A stretch of DNA of 64,000 bases. Origin: Candidatus Latescibacterota bacterium (lineage in GTDB: Bacteria; Latescibacterota; UBA2968; UBA8231). This document shows positions 61,267 to 64,000 of this stretch, piece by piece. How positions within the stretch are numbered: position 1 is the first letter of the stretch; every line of letters starts with the position of its first letter. The translations under genes were made by a program, and so were the position numbers. The stretch covers positions 3,168,001 to 3,232,000 of the forward strand of contig OZ253462.1 of NCBI GenBank assembly GCA_965261395.1. Direction: 5' to 3'. The notes under the pieces were generated by a model. That model was not told the origin of the DNA. It made no database searches and worked only from the letters and a program-made list of their open reading frames with translations.

Positions 61267-62379
61267 TCACCACGCAAAAAGCTCGCCTGCCTCCATCGTC
61301 AACTCTCGGCCCTGACCGCCGTCCTCGCGCACCACGAGCTGGCCCTCGGCGTATCCGACATCGGCGACGCCGGCGAAGTCGGAGGGAATCTCCAGGAGAA
61401 AGTTGGCGTAGGTAAAAACTTGGGTCTCGTCGGCATCGATATAGTGAAAGAGCGAGCGGCCGAAAATTCGGCCCTTTTCCAACAACACCGGACTAGGTTG
61501 GTGTAAGCCCGTGGTGCCAAACTCCAAGCCACGCGCAAAAGGCTTGCCGTCGCGGACGTGCCGCCAGGCGTCGAACCAAGGGTATTCCGCCACCGGCCAT
61601 ATATAGCCAATCAGCAATCCCGTGCTGGCATTGATGGCGGTGGTCCAGCCGTATTCTTCGTCAATTATATACGAGACGACCGCTGGCGCAGCGTCGTCGG
61701 TTAGGCCGCGAATATCGACCTCGGTGCCGTCCTTTTTGAGTGCGGCGGGCCAGCGCACCTCTGGGGCCTCCGGCGTCGGCATGGGCGTTTCCTGCATAAA
61801 GCCGCGCGTGCCGTTGGCATCAACGCGGGTGCTCTCGTCCAAAAAGGGCGGACCAATGGTCGGGTGCTGGACGATATTGTACACACGGCCCAAATGGCGG
61901 GTGTTGGTAACGGCCTCGGCGACCGCAAAGATGGCCTGATCTTGATCCATGCGAATCGAGCGCGCGACCTTGAGGCCGGCCAAGGGCAGCTCGGCCGACA
62001 TTTGGGCTACGAGGTAGCCGTCCTGTGCGCGGGCGTCCTCGTCCAAGTTCCACCACACGCGCGTGGCCTCGCCGTGCCAGCCCATGCCGTGGGCCTGCTC
62101 GGCTCTGGTGGCCGGACCCCAGCGGTCGAGGCAGAGGAAGTGCCCCATGGAGCGCGGCTCTAGCGGCGGTGCTTGGTCGGGGGTGTCGCCGAAGGACCAA
62201 GAGTCCCATTGCAGGGGGTTGAGTGGGTTGCTTTTGAGGTGGAAATCGGCAATGGAGCCGCCGCCTAAATCGACGACTAGCATTGCTGCTTGGCCGTTGA
62301 GCACGAGGCTGGGGCGGTCTTCGGCCGCGCTATGCGAGGCCGTCCACAGGAGGGCAGTGAGGAAGAGGGTCCATCTCAT
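61267..62379 (-). CDS. Secreted galactose-mutarotase/aldose-epimerase-like protein
   Basis: Signal peptide; GHFLC, WHGEA, QHPT, GLEFGT pattern. Confidence 0.55.
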   Translation of the reverse strand: MRWTLFLTALLWTASHSAAEDRPSLVLNGQAAMLVVDLGGGSIADFHLKSNPLNPLQWDSWSFGDTPDQAPPLEPRSMGHFLCLDRWGPATRAEQAHGMGWHGEATRVWWNLDEDARAQDGYLVAQMSAELPLAGLKVARSIRMDQDQAIFAVAEAVTNTRHLGRVYNIVQHPTIGPPFLDESTRVDANGTRGFMQETPMPTPEAPEVRWPAALKKDGTEVDIRGLTDDAAPAVVSYIIDEEYGWTTAINASTGLLIGYIWPVAEYPWFDAWRHVRDGKPFARGLEFGTTGLHQPSPVLLEKGRIFGRSLFHYIDADETQVFTYANFLLEIPSDFAGVADVGYAEGQLVVREDGGQGRELTMEAGELFAW

Positions 62380-62477
62380 TATGGGTGCTCCTTTTAGAGG
62401 TGAGGGGATGGCAAACGAGACGTAACAACGTACTAGAAATTGACAGCAGGCAAAAGACGACGGATGTTGTTTTTGGT

Positions 62478-64000
62478 ATGAGAATTTTTCTGGTCACCAC
62501 CCTTTCTATCCTCGTCCTATGCGGTTGCCAAGAACCGGCCGGCCGCTCAGAGGCGTTCCTCCAATCGTACTACCGGGGCTTGGACTTGCTGGAGCGCTAT
62601 CGGCTCAGGGCGGCCGAGCGCACCTTTGCCCATTGCGTCCGGTTGGAACCCGAGGCCGCCGAGGGCTACTGGCAGCTAGGGAGAGTGCAGCTTGTGCAGG
62701 GGCGGATAGAAGAAGGCGTGGGGTTGCTGGAACAGGCAGCGGCGCTAGACCCTGAATTGACGGCGGCGCGGTCGTTGGTGTTGGAGACGTTTTTGGGGCG
62801 GGGGAAAGAGGCGCTGGAAGAGGGAGAATTTGAGCAGGCGGAAGGGTATTTGCAGCGGGCGCTGGCCGTCGATCCCCAGGGATATGAGTCGCTCTACTGG
62901 GCGGCGATTGCCGCGCTGTGGCAGGAGGACTACGCCCGCGCCGATTCGATTTTGCAGCAGGCGGTGGCAGCGCATCCCGAGCCGCTGGAGTTGCGCTGGC
63001 ACCTGAAGTGGGTGCAGGAGGCATTGGGACGGCCAGCGACCGGGGCGTTTGCCGACGCTGTGCCGCAGGGGGCTATCAGCGGGCGGTTTAGCGAGATCGG
63101 TACCGAGGCCGGGGTCGATAAATTCGACGGTGGCCGCGCCAGTGCCTGGGCCGACTACGACGAGGATGGAGACCTCGACTTGGTCGTCATCGGCCATCCA
63201 GCGCTGGCATACTTTCGCAACGATGGCGCGCGCTTTGCCGAGCGGACACAGGCCGCCGGATTGGTGCTGCCCGACGGCGGGATCGGGGTGCAGACGGCCG
63301 ACTACGACAACGACGGGGACGCGGATTTGTACGTGACGCGCGATGGGTGGTTTGGCGGTGGCGCGAACCTGCTGTTCCAAAACGACGGCCGGGGCGTCTT
63401 CGCCGATCAGACGGAAGCGTCGGGCACGGGCGATCCGGGGTCGAGCTTCTGCGCCGCGTGGAGCGATTTCGACCGCGACGGCTACCTCGACATCTACGTG
63501 GCCAACGGCACGGGCGCGACCGGCGACTCGACCAATGTGCTTTATCGCAACCAAGGTGACGGCACCTTTGGCGATGTGGCGGCAACCGCCGGGGTGGCGC
63601 ACAAGGGGCAGACGCTGAGTACGGCGTGGGGCGACTTTGACGGCGACGGCTGGCCCGATCTGTACGCGTGCGATTTCACCGAGCCGAATGTGCTTTTTCG
63701 CAATCGGGGCGACGGTACCTTCGCTGATCGGACGGCTGCGGCCGGCGTCGGTGCCGAGCACATCGACGGCTTTATAACGTTTGTCCTCGACTACGATAAC
63801 GACGGTGCGCTGGATATCTTCGTGGGCAACTGGAGCCAGTACGCGGTAGTGCTGGCCGATCGGGTCGCTGGAAAATCGACGAGCAAGCGCGACCGGCCGG
63901 TGCTTTTCCGCAACAAGGGCGACGGCACCTTCGCCGATGCGACGGAAGCTGCCGGGCTGGGGCGAGCGTTGGGCACGATGAGCGGCGTCCCTGGCGATGT
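62478..64000 (+). CDS. TPR + FG-GAP (CRTAC1-like) lipoprotein, partial (runs off window)
   Basis: Manual translation MRIFLVTTLSILVLCGC; TPRs; in-frame AWADYDEDGDLDL and further DxDxDG repeats. Confidence 0.85.
   Translation, partial: MRIFLVTTLSILVLCGCQEPAGRSEAFLQSYYRGLDLLERYRLRAAERTFAHCVRLEPEAAEGYWQLGRVQLVQGRIEEGVGLLEQAAALDPELTAARSLVLETFLGRGKEALEEGEFEQAEGYLQRALAVDPQGYESLYWAAIAALWQEDYARADSILQQAVAAHPEPLELRWHLKWVQEALGRPATGAFADAVPQGAISGRFSEIGTEAGVDKFDGGRASAWADYDEDGDLDLVVIGHPALAYFRNDGARFAERTQAAGLVLPDGGIGVQTADYDNDGDADLYVTRDGWFGGGANLLFQNDGRGVFADQTEASGTGDPGSSFCAAWSDFDRDGYLDIYVANGTGATGDSTNVLYRNQGDGTFGDVAATAGVAHKGQTLSTAWGDFDGDGWPDLYACDFTEPNVLFRNRGDGTFADRTAAAGVGAEHIDGFITFVLDYDNDGALDIFVGNWSQYAVVLADRVAGKSTSKRDRPVLFRNKGDGTFADATEAAGLGRALGTMSGVPGD

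Noticed and set aside
45800-61270. The defence locus as an integrative mobile element or prophage
   Set aside because: No integrase, transposase, tRNA target or flanking direct repeat was recognised; the helicase start abuts the upstream host-like gene

Overview
GC-rich bacterial DNA. The gene content (FlgD-Ig/T9SS-like C-terminal domains, WGxxK-tailed secreted proteins, CRTAC1/ASPIC-UnbV plus TPR proteins, a DUF6785-type membrane protein) suggests a Latescibacterota/Poribacteria-like FCB organism; this is inference only. Four parts: (1) 1-315, a Phd-VapC toxin-antitoxin pair. (2) 0.4-42 kb, a large envelope/secreted-protein region: a minus-strand operon of four paralogous CTD-bearing proteins (one broken by a 10-bp duplication), a putative outer-membrane protein, a PPIase-like lipoprotein and an M28-peptidase/FtsX fusion, followed by FGE-fold, di-haem peroxidase, CRTAC1/TPR, PPIase and SAM-dependent membrane proteins. 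(3) 42-45.8 kb, a eukaryote-type alkyl-DHAP synthase with a DHRS7-like SDR and a His-rich membrane protein, a candidate ether-lipid module. (4) 45.8-61.3 kb, a DUF499 / DUF1156 / SNF2-DUF3883 restriction-like defence locus. All three core genes are frameshifted, while the gaps between them hold intact ABC-ATPase+PIN pairs (twice), an MNT-HEPN pair and several collapsed gene relics. No rRNA, tRNA, CRISPR array, integrase or transposase was recognised. Family assignments come from motif recognition by eye, not database searches.
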